Below, one piece after another: positions 37,402 to 46,035 of a DNA stretch of 64,000 bases. A model generated the notes under the pieces. That model was not told where the DNA came from and ran no database searches. It worked only from the letters and a program-made list of their open reading frames with translations. The stretch spans positions 799,613-863,612 of the forward strand of contig CP064957.1 of assembly GCA_016699045.1 (NCBI GenBank). The letters run 5' to 3'. The position numbers were made by a program, and so were the translations under genes. This DNA is from a bacterium (GTDB taxonomy: Bacteria > Babelota > Babeliae > Babelales > RVW-14). Each line of letters opens with the position of its first letter. Position 1 is the stretch's first letter.

Positions 37402-38670
37402 TTACGAGATTTTTTTACCCGAAAAGCAAGAAAGCATAAAGCCAATAATAAAAATTGAAACAAATGAAAACGAGATGCCGTACGTGATTAAGTTTTTAAA
37501 ACACAAATTAAAAACATAAAAACAGCTGGCAAGGCTTAAAAGTGGGACGATCATTGTTTGTCTGACTAAACCTTTTCTAATCGCTTGCAGTAGTGCTAAC
37601 GATGTTAAGCTGTAGCAAGCAAAGTGAGCAAAGATTGACATGTTTTGCAAGGCGGTTTGTTGTTGGGAAATGCTGATAATAAAACAGCACAAAATGCCTT
37701 CAATAATTAAGCTAGCCCATGGCGTGTTGGCTGTTGTTAATTTCGTTAAAATATGTGAAAACGGTAAATGGTTGTCTTTGGCAAGCGTGTGCAAGTTCCA
37801 GCAGTTGCTTGTCAAAATGGTAAATGAACCGCCAAAAATTGAAGCAAATACAAAACCATTAAACAGTTTTCCGATCCATGGCATGGTCGGGAAAAACGTG
37901 CTACCAAGTGCTAAAAGTGGTGTGCCAGTTTGTGCTAAATCGGGCCCCAGCGCGTGATACATAGCAAATTGAAAAAATGTTGCAAGGCACACGGCAATAG
38001 AAAACGACGTCAAGATTGCCGGTTTTATGGTTTGCGCTGGTTTTGAAAGTAGCCCAGCGATTGAACAAATAATTTCAAAACCAATCACCGCAAAAATAGC
38101 GACAGGAATGAGTGTGAGTGGTTCGATGGTATTGGTATCCTGCCAGATTGGCGCGTAGCCAGGTTTGGCAAAAAGGCCGCAAAAAAAAGTAAACAGAATT
38201 GGTAGTGCTTTGAGCGCTGAGGTTACGTATTGTGCTTTACCGCCCACGCGCACGCCAAAAATGTTGAGCGTGATTAGGCCAGCAATAATGCCATAATCAA
38301 ACATCAACGTTGGAATAACGCGCAGTGCGGGAATATATGTTTGAAAAAAAGTGGTTGAGCAGTGAACCAAGAGAGCGCAGGTGGTTGTTTTGGCTAAGAA
38401 ATAACTCCAGCCGGCAAAAAAACCAATGCGGGGGTGTAGGTGAGTTTTGCTGTAAACGTACAAGCCGCCTGAAACGGGATGCAGCTTTGCAAGTTCTGCA
38501 ATACTCAAAATTACGGGCAAAATTAACAGCGCACAGATTGGATAACTAATAAAACCAAATGATCCCGCTAAAAAAGTCAGCGGCTTTGCGTTAATGAAAA
38601 TACCAGCGCCCATGATAGTGTTAAGACAAATGAGTACGGCGGTTACAAAACTAAATTTGCCTTGATTCAT
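37402..38670 (-). CDS. APC-family amino acid permease
   Basis: About 12 TM helices. The N-terminus FSFVTAVLICLNTIMGAGIF...SGGLYVYS is paralogous to the two permeases at 54200 and 55491. Start taken at the ATG at 38670. Confidence 0.75.
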   Translation of the reverse strand: MNQGKFSFVTAVLICLNTIMGAGIFINAKPLTFLAGSFGFISYPICALLILPVILSIAELAKLHPVSGGLYVYSKTHLHPRIGFFAGWSYFLAKTTTCALLVHCSTTFFQTYIPALRVIPTLMFDYGIIAGLITLNIFGVRVGGKAQYVTSALKALPILFTFFCGLFAKPGYAPIWQDTNTIEPLTLIPVAIFAVIGFEIICSIAGLLSKPAQTIKPAILTSFSIAVCLATFFQFAMYHALGPDLAQTGTPLLALGSTFFPTMPWIGKLFNGFVFASIFGGSFTILTSNCWNLHTLAKDNHLPFSHILTKLTTANTPWASLIIEGILCCFIISISQQQTALQNMSIFAHFACYSLTSLALLQAIRKGLVRQTMIVPLLSLASCFYVFNLCFKNLITYGISFSFVSIFIIGFMLSCFSGKKIS

Positions 38671-38734
38671 GGAATGCGCCTTTCCGGCAAAAAAGGGGGA
38701 TAATGATAATATTGAATGATTGGTATTTTGGATT

Positions 38735-39292
38735 CTAGCGCAATTTAGGCGGCAGAGCAAGAGGTAACCTTTTGACCAGAACGATCGCAAGCGCAAATTT
38801 AATGACAAAGTCGCCAATCACAAAAGGAAAAAAGCCGAGAGAGAGAAGCTTGTGTGCAGGAACAAAAAGGCTGAGTTGTGCAAGGCCGCAGAAAAAAGTA
38901 ATGAGGTTTGCCACTATAAGCTTTGCCATGAGTGTGATAGTTGACGAAGTATGGCGCTGTTTGGCCCACGCCAAAAAAATGGCAGCAAATAAAAAACCGA
39001 TCAAATAGCCGCCTGTTGGCCCACAAAGCCGGCCAATGCCACCCAGACCAAAAGCAAAAATTGGTGCGCCAAGAGTTCCTTGCAACAAGTAAAGCATGAA
39101 AGCATACACTGCCGGCCAACCCAAGATTAATGAAGCCACCAAGAGCGGCAAAGGCTGTATGCTCAACGGGACAGCATTAAAAGGCATAGGTATGATAATT
39201 TGCGAGCACAACGCATAAAACCACGATAGAGCAAAGCATAAGAGAAAAGAGTTGATGCGTGATCGCATTGCTATTTGTGTTGATTTGTACAT
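38735..39292 (-). CDS. bioY: biotin transporter BioY
   Basis: VPLSIQPLPLLVASLILG...GAPIFAFGLGGIGRLCGPTGGYLIGF is the BioY family signature. Confidence 0.85.
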   Translation of the reverse strand: MYKSTQIAMRSRINSFLLCFALSWFYALCSQIIIPMPFNAVPLSIQPLPLLVASLILGWPAVYAFMLYLLQGTLGAPIFAFGLGGIGRLCGPTGGYLIGFLFAAIFLAWAKQRHTSSTITLMAKLIVANLITFFCGLAQLSLFVPAHKLLSLGFFPFVIGDFVIKFALAIVLVKRLPLALPPKLR

Positions 39293-39484
39293 AAAAATCC
39301 CTTCTTGTTGTTCGATCTGAACTATTTGTAAAAGCGGTCATTAGCTTAGTGCGATATTTTTTTTATGGCAATTTTGCGATAGGATCTATTTTTTTTACGG
39401 GATATATTTACAAAAAACGTAGGTGTTTTATGCTGTTTATCTGCGATTTCAGTGAGTGTCTACATAACCCAGAGGGAGCCATCA

Positions 39485-41485
39485 ATGGATTTGATGTCAT
39501 ATAGTTACGTTTTTATGGCAGTTGCTGCGTCAGGACTTGCCTTAACAACGGTCATTTATAAACATATTGTCGGTTTTAAAAACACCGATAAAAAGTCAGC
39601 ACATATTGCTGGACTCATTCGCCGAGGCGCTATGACGTTCTTGCGCAAAGAGTATTCAATACTGGCCGTTGTTATTGCTATCGCCTTTCTTGCTATTAGC
39701 TATGTTTTTAATATTCATGCTGCCTTTGCTTACACACTTGGTGCTTTGTCATCAATGTTTGCTGGCTACATTGGTATGCGTGCTGCAACTCATGCTAACG
39801 AAGCAACCACGATTGCTGCTCGCGACAAAGGCGAACGCGCTGCATTTTTAGTAGCGTTGCTTGGTGGTTCTGTGATGGGCTTTGTTGTGGCATCACTTGG
39901 CTTGCTTGGTCTTGGTGCTTTGTTTTATCTTTTTGTTGGTGGCGAAAGAATTATCTTTATTCGCATTCTGACTTGTTACGGCCTTGGTGCAAGCTCTATT
40001 GCTTTGTTTGCACGTGTTGGCGGTGGTATTTTTACCAAAGCTGCAGACGTTGGTGCTGATATGGTTGGTAAAGTTGAGCTTGGCATTCCTGAAGATGATC
40101 CACGTAATCCTGCGGTTATTGCGGACAACGTTGGTGACTGTGTTGGTGATACTGCCGGCATGGGCGCTGATATTTTTGAATCTTATATCGCGTCAGTTGT
40201 TGGTGCTATTGCACTTGCATTAACATCACATGCTGGTCAAATTGAATACATTTCATTGCCAATTATGTTGTGCGCTATTGGTCTTGTTGCTTCGATGATT
40301 GGGCTTGCTTCTTCATTCATTTTCAAGCTTAAACTTTCAGCAATGTTGCATAAAGCTGCTTATGTAGCTATCGCAGCATTTATTGGTGGTACGTATGTGT
40401 ACATGAACTGGCTTGGTTTAGATATGGCTTTGTTTGGTTCTGTGGTACTTGGTGCGTCAGCTGGTGTGGTTATTGGTTTAGTAACCGATTATTACACAAG
40501 TGGTAAACCAGTCCGTCAATTGGCTGAGGCATCGCAATCTGGTGCTGGTCCAAATTTGATTTTCGGATTTTCCATTGGTTTTGAATCATTGGTAGTTCCG
40601 GTGTGTACTATCGCGGTTATCATTTTCGTTTCATTCGAATTTTTTGGTCAATTATTTGGTGTTGCCTTGGCAGCCGTTTCAATGTTGGCAACCGTTGGTA
40701 TTACCATGACGGTCGACGCATATGGCCCAATAGCAGACAACGCTGGTGGTATTTCAGAAATGTCAGGCTTTGGTCCTGAAGTTCGTAAAATTACCGACAA
40801 GCTTGATTCGCTTGGCAATATGACAGCAGCGCTTGGAAAAGGTTTTGCAATTGGTTCTGCTGTGTTGGCATCGTTGGCGATGTTTGCAGCATATTGCGAA
40901 GAATCAAAAGTGCCAAAACTTGATCTGATTGATCCGTTGGTTATTACCGGTTTGTTCATTGGTGCCACGTTACCGTACCTTCTTTCAGCATTCACTATGC
41001 GTTCAGTTGGTAAAGCTGCATGGCAAATGGTTGAAGAAGTTCGTCGTCAGTTCAAAGAAATTCCTGGTTTAATGGAAGGTAAAGCTGAACCTGATTATGA
41101 AAAATGTATTGAAATTAGTACGCAAGCAGCATTGTGGGAAATGTTGTTGCCAGGTGTTGTTACTATTCTTGCACCAATCGTTATTAAATTTGGTTTTGGT
41201 TTGAACGCACCGATGTCTGGTAACGTTGCTCTTGGTGGTTTCTTGGCTGGCGCTACTATTTCTGGTGCGTTGCTCGCATTGACCATGGCAAACAGCGGCG
41301 GTGCGTGGGATAACGCGAAGAAGTATATTGAAGAAGGACACTTTGGTGGCAAAGGCTCACCTGCTCATAAAGCAGCGGTGGTTGGGGATACGCTTGGTGA
41401 TCCATTCAAAGATACATCTGGTCCATCACTTAACATTTTGATCAAATTGATGTCTGTAATTTCATTGTTGTTGGCAACAATTTAG
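39485..41485 (+). CDS. hppA: membrane-bound pyrophosphatase (K+-dependent type)
   Basis: [67 protein letters not shown] and [25 protein letters not shown] lies before the ATG at 39485. Confidence 0.92.
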   Translation: MDLMSYSYVFMAVAASGLALTTVIYKHIVGFKNTDKKSAHIAGLIRRGAMTFLRKEYSILAVVIAIAFLAISYVFNIHAAFAYTLGALSSMFAGYIGMRAATHANEATTIAARDKGERAAFLVALLGGSVMGFVVASLGLLGLGALFYLFVGGERIIFIRILTCYGLGASSIALFARVGGGIFTKAADVGADMVGKVELGIPEDDPRNPAVIADNVGDCVGDTAGMGADIFESYIASVVGAIALALTSHAGQIEYISLPIMLCAIGLVASMIGLASSFIFKLKLSAMLHKAAYVAIAAFIGGTYVYMNWLGLDMALFGSVVLGASAGVVIGLVTDYYTSGKPVRQLAEASQSGAGPNLIFGFSIGFESLVVPVCTIAVIIFVSFEFFGQLFGVALAAVSMLATVGITMTVDAYGPIADNAGGISEMSGFGPEVRKITDKLDSLGNMTAALGKGFAIGSAVLASLAMFAAYCEESKVPKLDLIDPLVITGLFIGATLPYLLSAFTMRSVGKAAWQMVEEVRRQFKEIPGLMEGKAEPDYEKCIEISTQAALWEMLLPGVVTILAPIVIKFGFGLNAPMSGNVALGGFLAGATISGALLALTMANSGGAWDNAKKYIEEGHFGGKGSPAHKAAVVGDTLGDPFKDTSGPSLNILIKLMSVISLLLATI

Positions 41486-41510
41486 TTCATTATTTTTTGA
41501 TATAAATAAT

Positions 41511-41545
41511 AAAAGGCGCGGGTAAAAAAATACTCGCGCCTTTTT
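41511..41545 (+). terminator. rho-independent terminator after hppA
   Basis: Stem GGCGCG (41515-41520) / CGCGCC (41535-41540), preceded by AAAA and followed by TTTTT. The loop is long at 14 nt. Confidence 0.55.
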
Positions 41546-41656
41546 GCTTGAATAAATCGTTATTTCTGTCATTGATTTTTTCCATTTATTCTTTATTCTA
41601 CAGCCACAACATGACACATTTTCAACAGGTATATTTTTTAAGATTAGGAGTAATCT

Positions 41657-42136
41657 ATGAAAAAGAACGGTTTATTTTTTGCGCTACTGTTTGTGCTGTT
41701 TAGTGCAAATAACTGCATGGCAACAGAGATCAGGCAGGCATTAGTTTGTGATTATGACTCAGCAACTGGTGCGATGCGTTTTGTATCAATTGAAGAAAAA
41801 ATTGATGAATTAACAAGAACATTACAATCTCAAGGCGTCAATGTGGACGAGCTTTTGCATAATTTTCATATTAATGGTCACGATGTAATTGAAATACGTG
41901 AAGCGCGTAACGATGAAATAAGTGTGCTTTCCAATCAACAACAAATGGTGCATCATTCATTAAAAATGCTTTATCACGGCCTTTATTTTGGTAAAGCAAC
42001 GGTGTTTTTTGTTGTTAATGATGTGGTGGTTCCGTATGTCCCGCGCGTTGGTGCTTCAATGAAACAAGTTTTCAGCGATATTAAAAAAATGGTCCTTAAA
42101 CGTTTTACGACCGATTGTAATTTTCAAGCGGCGTGA
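41657..42136 (+). CDS. hypothetical secreted protein
   Basis: AGGAG RBS. Signal peptide MKKNGLFFALLFVLFSANNCMA. No known domain. Confidence 0.55.
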   Translation: MKKNGLFFALLFVLFSANNCMATEIRQALVCDYDSATGAMRFVSIEEKIDELTRTLQSQGVNVDELLHNFHINGHDVIEIREARNDEISVLSNQQQMVHHSLKMLYHGLYFGKATVFFVVNDVVVPYVPRVGASMKQVFSDIKKMVLKRFTTDCNFQAA

Positions 42137-42153
42137 AATGCTGAAATGATGTT

Positions 42154-42768
42154 ATGTGCGTAATTAAAAAAGTATTATTTTTTCGGGCGGTCTTGGTAAG
42201 CGTATGGCTTACCGGGCTGCCCGTTTTTATTTTTGCTATTGATCCGTTTTCAAAAATTACGATCATCAGTCAGCAAGTGCGTTGCTATCAGGCGCCTGAT
42301 CAAAAAAAAGTTTTTGTGTGTGATTATGAAAAAGATGTTAAGGCAACCTTTGCAGACAACAGCGTGGTTACCGCCAACCTGTTGACGGTTTTGCTTGATA
42401 CAAAAAAAACGGCTACGGCTGATCAGCCGACCAACAATAAACTATCGTTGTTTAAATCAATTACGTTTCAACATAATGTTAAGGTTGTTCGTGAAAAAAA
42501 TATTGTCACGGCAGATAGAGCAGAAATGTTGTTGCACGATATGACGTGTCGCTTTTTTGGCAATGTTTGTGTTGAGCAAAACGATCAAAAAGTACCAATA
42601 GTTTTGAAGAGTAATGAAGCATTCTTGAATTTAAAAACTAATATTGTTACCTTCAGTGGCAGTCAGACAGAACCGGTCAGTACGATCATTAACCTTGAAA
42701 AACATGCGGAGGAATCGCGACAACGACGTGCAGGGCGTATACGAAAAAAACGATGCAAAAAAACATAA
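42154..42768 (+). CDS. putative LptA/LptC (OstA-like) family protein with polybasic C-terminus
   Basis: N-terminal TM/signal segment. Alternating beta-strand pattern with ADRAEMLLHDMTCRFFGNVCVEQ and AFLNLKTNIVTFSG resembles the OstA-like jellyroll. Assignment is by eye only. Confidence 0.35.
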   Translation: MCVIKKVLFFRAVLVSVWLTGLPVFIFAIDPFSKITIISQQVRCYQAPDQKKVFVCDYEKDVKATFADNSVVTANLLTVLLDTKKTATADQPTNNKLSLFKSITFQHNVKVVREKNIVTADRAEMLLHDMTCRFFGNVCVEQNDQKVPIVLKSNEAFLNLKTNIVTFSGSQTEPVSTIINLEKHAEESRQRRAGRIRKKRCKKT

Positions 42769-42786
42769 ATTGAAGGAGAGCAAGTT

Positions 42787-43542
42787 ATGAAAGCGATAAA
42801 GTTTCTTTTGGGACTTGTGTTTGTTTTTGGTGTTGAGCAATGTTCATTGTCAGCTGCTGCTGACGAGATGTTTGAGATGGATGATTGTGGCGGGTCGTTA
42901 AAGCCCGATGCAGAGCAACTGATTCTGGATGATGAATTAGCAAATTGTGATGATAAAGCCGAAGAAACAGCGCCCTGTGTTTATTTCATGATCACCGAGG
43001 GATCAACTGTGCGCAGCAAGTGTCCGAATGGTGGTACGTTTATCAGGCCTGGCAATGAACCTTTGTATTCAGTTGATCCAAGAACAATTTATAAAATGGC
43101 CGTTGAGATTGGTATAGAGCCTCCGGCTGCCAGCTTTCTAAAAATTCCAGTCACGGGGTTATCGAGAGAGAATGTAATTGTTAAACCCTGGTTTGTATTC
43201 GATGACCATGTATTTTTAATGGGCGTGAAAAAAAAGTATTATCGCGAGGTTTTGAGAACGCGCTTTTTTGATTATTACGAAAAAAGAGAGCTCCTCGAAT
43301 GTCTTCGCTTGCCCGAGCTGTTTAATATATATTTTGATGAGGATTTTTTGCAGTTTGACCGTGCGGAGACCGTGTCTACAAGGGCGATGCGATATCATTT
43401 AAAGGTTGCTAAAATAAAAGAAAATCCTCGTTATTTTTCTTGCATTACTAATTATTTCATTTATGCCGATAAGTACTACTCTCAAAAGTTGGTTGATATT
43501 ACCGGCCTTGAGCCATTCGCGTGGAGCGACCCGCTTGAATAA
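42787..43542 (+). CDS. hypothetical secreted protein
   Basis: GAAGGAG RBS. Signal peptide MKAIKFLLGLVFVFGVEQCSLSA. No known domain. Confidence 0.55.
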   Translation: MKAIKFLLGLVFVFGVEQCSLSAAADEMFEMDDCGGSLKPDAEQLILDDELANCDDKAEETAPCVYFMITEGSTVRSKCPNGGTFIRPGNEPLYSVDPRTIYKMAVEIGIEPPAASFLKIPVTGLSRENVIVKPWFVFDDHVFLMGVKKKYYREVLRTRFFDYYEKRELLECLRLPELFNIYFDEDFLQFDRAETVSTRAMRYHLKVAKIKENPRYFSCITNYFIYADKYYSQKLVDITGLEPFAWSDPLE

Positions 43543-43628
43543 ACCTTGCGCTTGTTAACTGCCCTTCTTCGTGATAAGGTTGTTGTCCAAACATCAATTA
43601 ATGTAGACAATAAGCGGGAAATTTTGCC

Positions 43629-45491
43629 GTGAATAAAATAAAAATTCTTGCACCACACGAAGCTCAAAAAATTGCCGCAGGCGAAGTCGTTGAACGGCCT
43701 GCCAATATCGTCAAAGAACTTATTGAAAACTCGCTAGATGCTGGCTCCCAGCATCTAGCACTTTATTTTGAAGAGTCGGGAAAAAAACTCATTCGTATTG
43801 TTGATGACGGATGCGGCATGAGTCCTGACGATGCCCGTTTGTGCTTTGTGGCGCACGCAACCAGCAAAATTGAAAAGCTTGATGATTTGGCCACCATTGC
43901 CTCGTTTGGCTTTCGCGGTGAAGCGCTTGCAAGCATTGGCGCCGTGAGCAAAGTGACGCTCACTACGCGTTTGCATGATCACGAACTTGGTATAAAACTT
44001 GTTTATAAAGCTGGCGTTCTTGAGCATGAAGAAGTGCTGCCCTGCCCTGCCGGTACCGAATTTTTAATTGAAGATCTTTTTTTCAATATGCCAGCGCGCA
44101 AGAAATTTCTTAAGCGTGACGAAACAGAATGGAACCATCTGCTTAATCTGATTCAAGCGTTTTGCTTGAGCACCATGTCTGTTTCTTTTAAAGTCTTTCA
44201 TGACGGCAAATTGGTGCTGAATGCGCCGGCGGTAAAAACATTGCACGACCGTGCGAGCCAGTTGTGGGATTATAATTTTTCTCAAAATTTAATTGAACTT
44301 GTTGAACATAAAAATACGAGCTGGTTTGCCGTGCGCGGCATTATTTCAGACCAGCATTTCTGGCGCTATGGCCGCACTCAGCAATTTTTCTTTGTTAATG
44401 GTCGTTGGGTTAAAGACCATGATTTATCTAAGGCATTGTTAAAGGGCTATCAAAATATTTTGCCGCCGGGCAGATTTCCAGCAGCCTTTATTTTTATTGA
44501 TATTGAGCCAGCGTGCGTAGATATCAATGTGCATCCAAAAAAAGAAGAGGTGCGCTTTACTAAGCCGGTAACGGTTTATTCCTGCGTGCAAGAGCTGGTC
44601 AGACAAACGCTTGAAAATCGCGTGAGCCAACGTTTAACGTCGCACGTGGTGGGAGCACAAAGCGCCCTGCCGCCATGTGCTTCTGAAACATTCGAACAAC
44701 CACTTCGCCACCAATCTTTTGATAATGTGCCTTTGCCGTGGCAGCGGCCTGCGCCTGTGCAGTCGTTTAAGCATGATTTTTTACCACAGCCGTTTTTTCC
44801 CGAAATCGCCATGCCAAAAGAAGAACCGGCAGAAAAAAATGAACAGCGCCAAGTTTTTGCTGCGCCAGAACCCAAACATACGCATGTTCCAGAACCAGTC
44901 GCTTCTTATGAGCCACACGCACACGTGGTGGGGCAGCTTTTTAAAACGTACATCGTGCTCGATCGCGATGACCAGCTGGTAATTATTGACCAGCATGCGG
45001 CACACGAGCGCATTTTGTATGAACGTTATTTAAAAAATTTTGAACGAAAAGATGGCGTTACCCTGCTCTTTCCAGAACTGGTTAATTTGCCAGATCATCT
45101 GCTCGCCTTGATTTTGGTTGAGCGTGATTTTTTTGCGCAGCAAGGTATTGAGTTTGAGCTCTTTGGTAAAAATGACATTGCGATTCAAACATCGCCGCCC
45201 GGTATTCAAAGCCATTCATTGCGTGAATTAATGTTGGATGTTGCCTCTTTTATTCAAGATCATGAACAGTTAGATCGTACACTTTTTAGAAAGCAACTGA
45301 ATGAGCACGTGCACAGCCATTTGGCCTGCAAAGCAGCGGTGAAGGCTGGCGATGAGCTGACTGAAGAACAAATGAAACAGTTGGTTGCTGATTTAACGAA
45401 AGCCAACAATCGTTTTATTTGTGTTCACGGTCGCCCAACGATGTGGACGCTGTCAAAGCGCGATCTCGAAAAACATTTTAGGCGTTGTTGA
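43629..45491 (+). CDS. mutL: DNA mismatch repair protein MutL
   Basis: IAAGEVVERPANIVKELIENSLDAG (GHKL ATPase), GFRGEALASI, and C-terminal DQHAAHERILYE. GTG start. Confidence 0.92.
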   Translation: MNKIKILAPHEAQKIAAGEVVERPANIVKELIENSLDAGSQHLALYFEESGKKLIRIVDDGCGMSPDDARLCFVAHATSKIEKLDDLATIASFGFRGEALASIGAVSKVTLTTRLHDHELGIKLVYKAGVLEHEEVLPCPAGTEFLIEDLFFNMPARKKFLKRDETEWNHLLNLIQAFCLSTMSVSFKVFHDGKLVLNAPAVKTLHDRASQLWDYNFSQNLIELVEHKNTSWFAVRGIISDQHFWRYGRTQQFFFVNGRWVKDHDLSKALLKGYQNILPPGRFPAAFIFIDIEPACVDINVHPKKEEVRFTKPVTVYSCVQELVRQTLENRVSQRLTSHVVGAQSALPPCASETFEQPLRHQSFDNVPLPWQRPAPVQSFKHDFLPQPFFPEIAMPKEEPAEKNEQRQVFAAPEPKHTHVPEPVASYEPHAHVVGQLFKTYIVLDRDDQLVIIDQHAAHERILYERYLKNFERKDGVTLLFPELVNLPDHLLALILVERDFFAQQGIEFELFGKNDIAIQTSPPGIQSHSLRELMLDVASFIQDHEQLDRTLFRKQLNEHVHSHLACKAAVKAGDELTEEQMKQLVADLTKANNRFICVHGRPTMWTLSKRDLEKHFRRC

Positions 45492-45496
45492 AACCG

Positions 45497-45997
45497 CTAT
45501 TCTGTTTCTATTTTCTGTGATGAAGAGCTAATTTCGTTTGGCGATATAGCACCGCTTTGAATTAATGCTTCAATACAGGCAGAATATTCGCCTCGTATTG
45601 CTAGCTGCAGTGGTGTCATGCCGTCTTGAGCCGTGATATTTGGGTTAGCATGTTGGCTGAGTAAATAATTTATTGCAGGTGCGTTGTTGTTATTTGCAGC
45701 ATAATGAAGCGCGGTCCAGCCATTCGTGTCTATCAAGTTAACATCGGCTCCACCTGCCACCAGCGCTTTCACAATCTCTAAACAGCTGCGTTTTGCTGCT
45801 GCGTGATGCAAAGGTGCCCATTCTGCTTCTGACAACGTATTAACATTGACCTTTCTACTTTGTATAAGTTCTAAAGCAGCCGGAATGCGATTTTCACTAA
45901 TAAAATACATGAGTGTTTCAGTTGTTCCAGCGTGCAGCGTTGAGCTGGTAGTTATATGACAAACGAGAAACAATAAACCTATAAATTTCTTGACCAT
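45497..45997 (-). CDS. ankyrin-repeat protein with signal peptide
   Basis: WAPLHHAAAKRSCLEIVKALVAGGADVN, GWTALHYAANNNNAPAINYLLSQHANPN and GMTPLQLA repeats. N-terminus MVKKFIGLLFLVCHITTSSTLHA. Confidence 0.85.
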   Translation of the reverse strand: MVKKFIGLLFLVCHITTSSTLHAGTTETLMYFISENRIPAALELIQSRKVNVNTLSEAEWAPLHHAAAKRSCLEIVKALVAGGADVNLIDTNGWTALHYAANNNNAPAINYLLSQHANPNITAQDGMTPLQLAIRGEYSACIEALIQSGAISPNEISSSSQKIETE

Positions 45998-46035
45998 GAT
46001 ATACCTTTGCATTTTTAATGATAAAGTGTGCGTTG

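Noticed and set aside
41735-42335. A shared (L/F)VCDY(D/E) pentapeptide in the two adjacent secreted proteins (41657 and 42154 ORFs).
   Set aside because: Only five residues match and there is no further alignable similarity, so it is too short to distinguish from chance.
42754-42765. The LptA-like protein ends in a polybasic tract plus Cys at -4 (RCKKT), which could be a K-Ras-like CaaX.
   Set aside because: Lys-Lys at the a1/a2 positions is a very poor fit for farnesyl or geranylgeranyl transferases, so this is more likely a simple basic tail.
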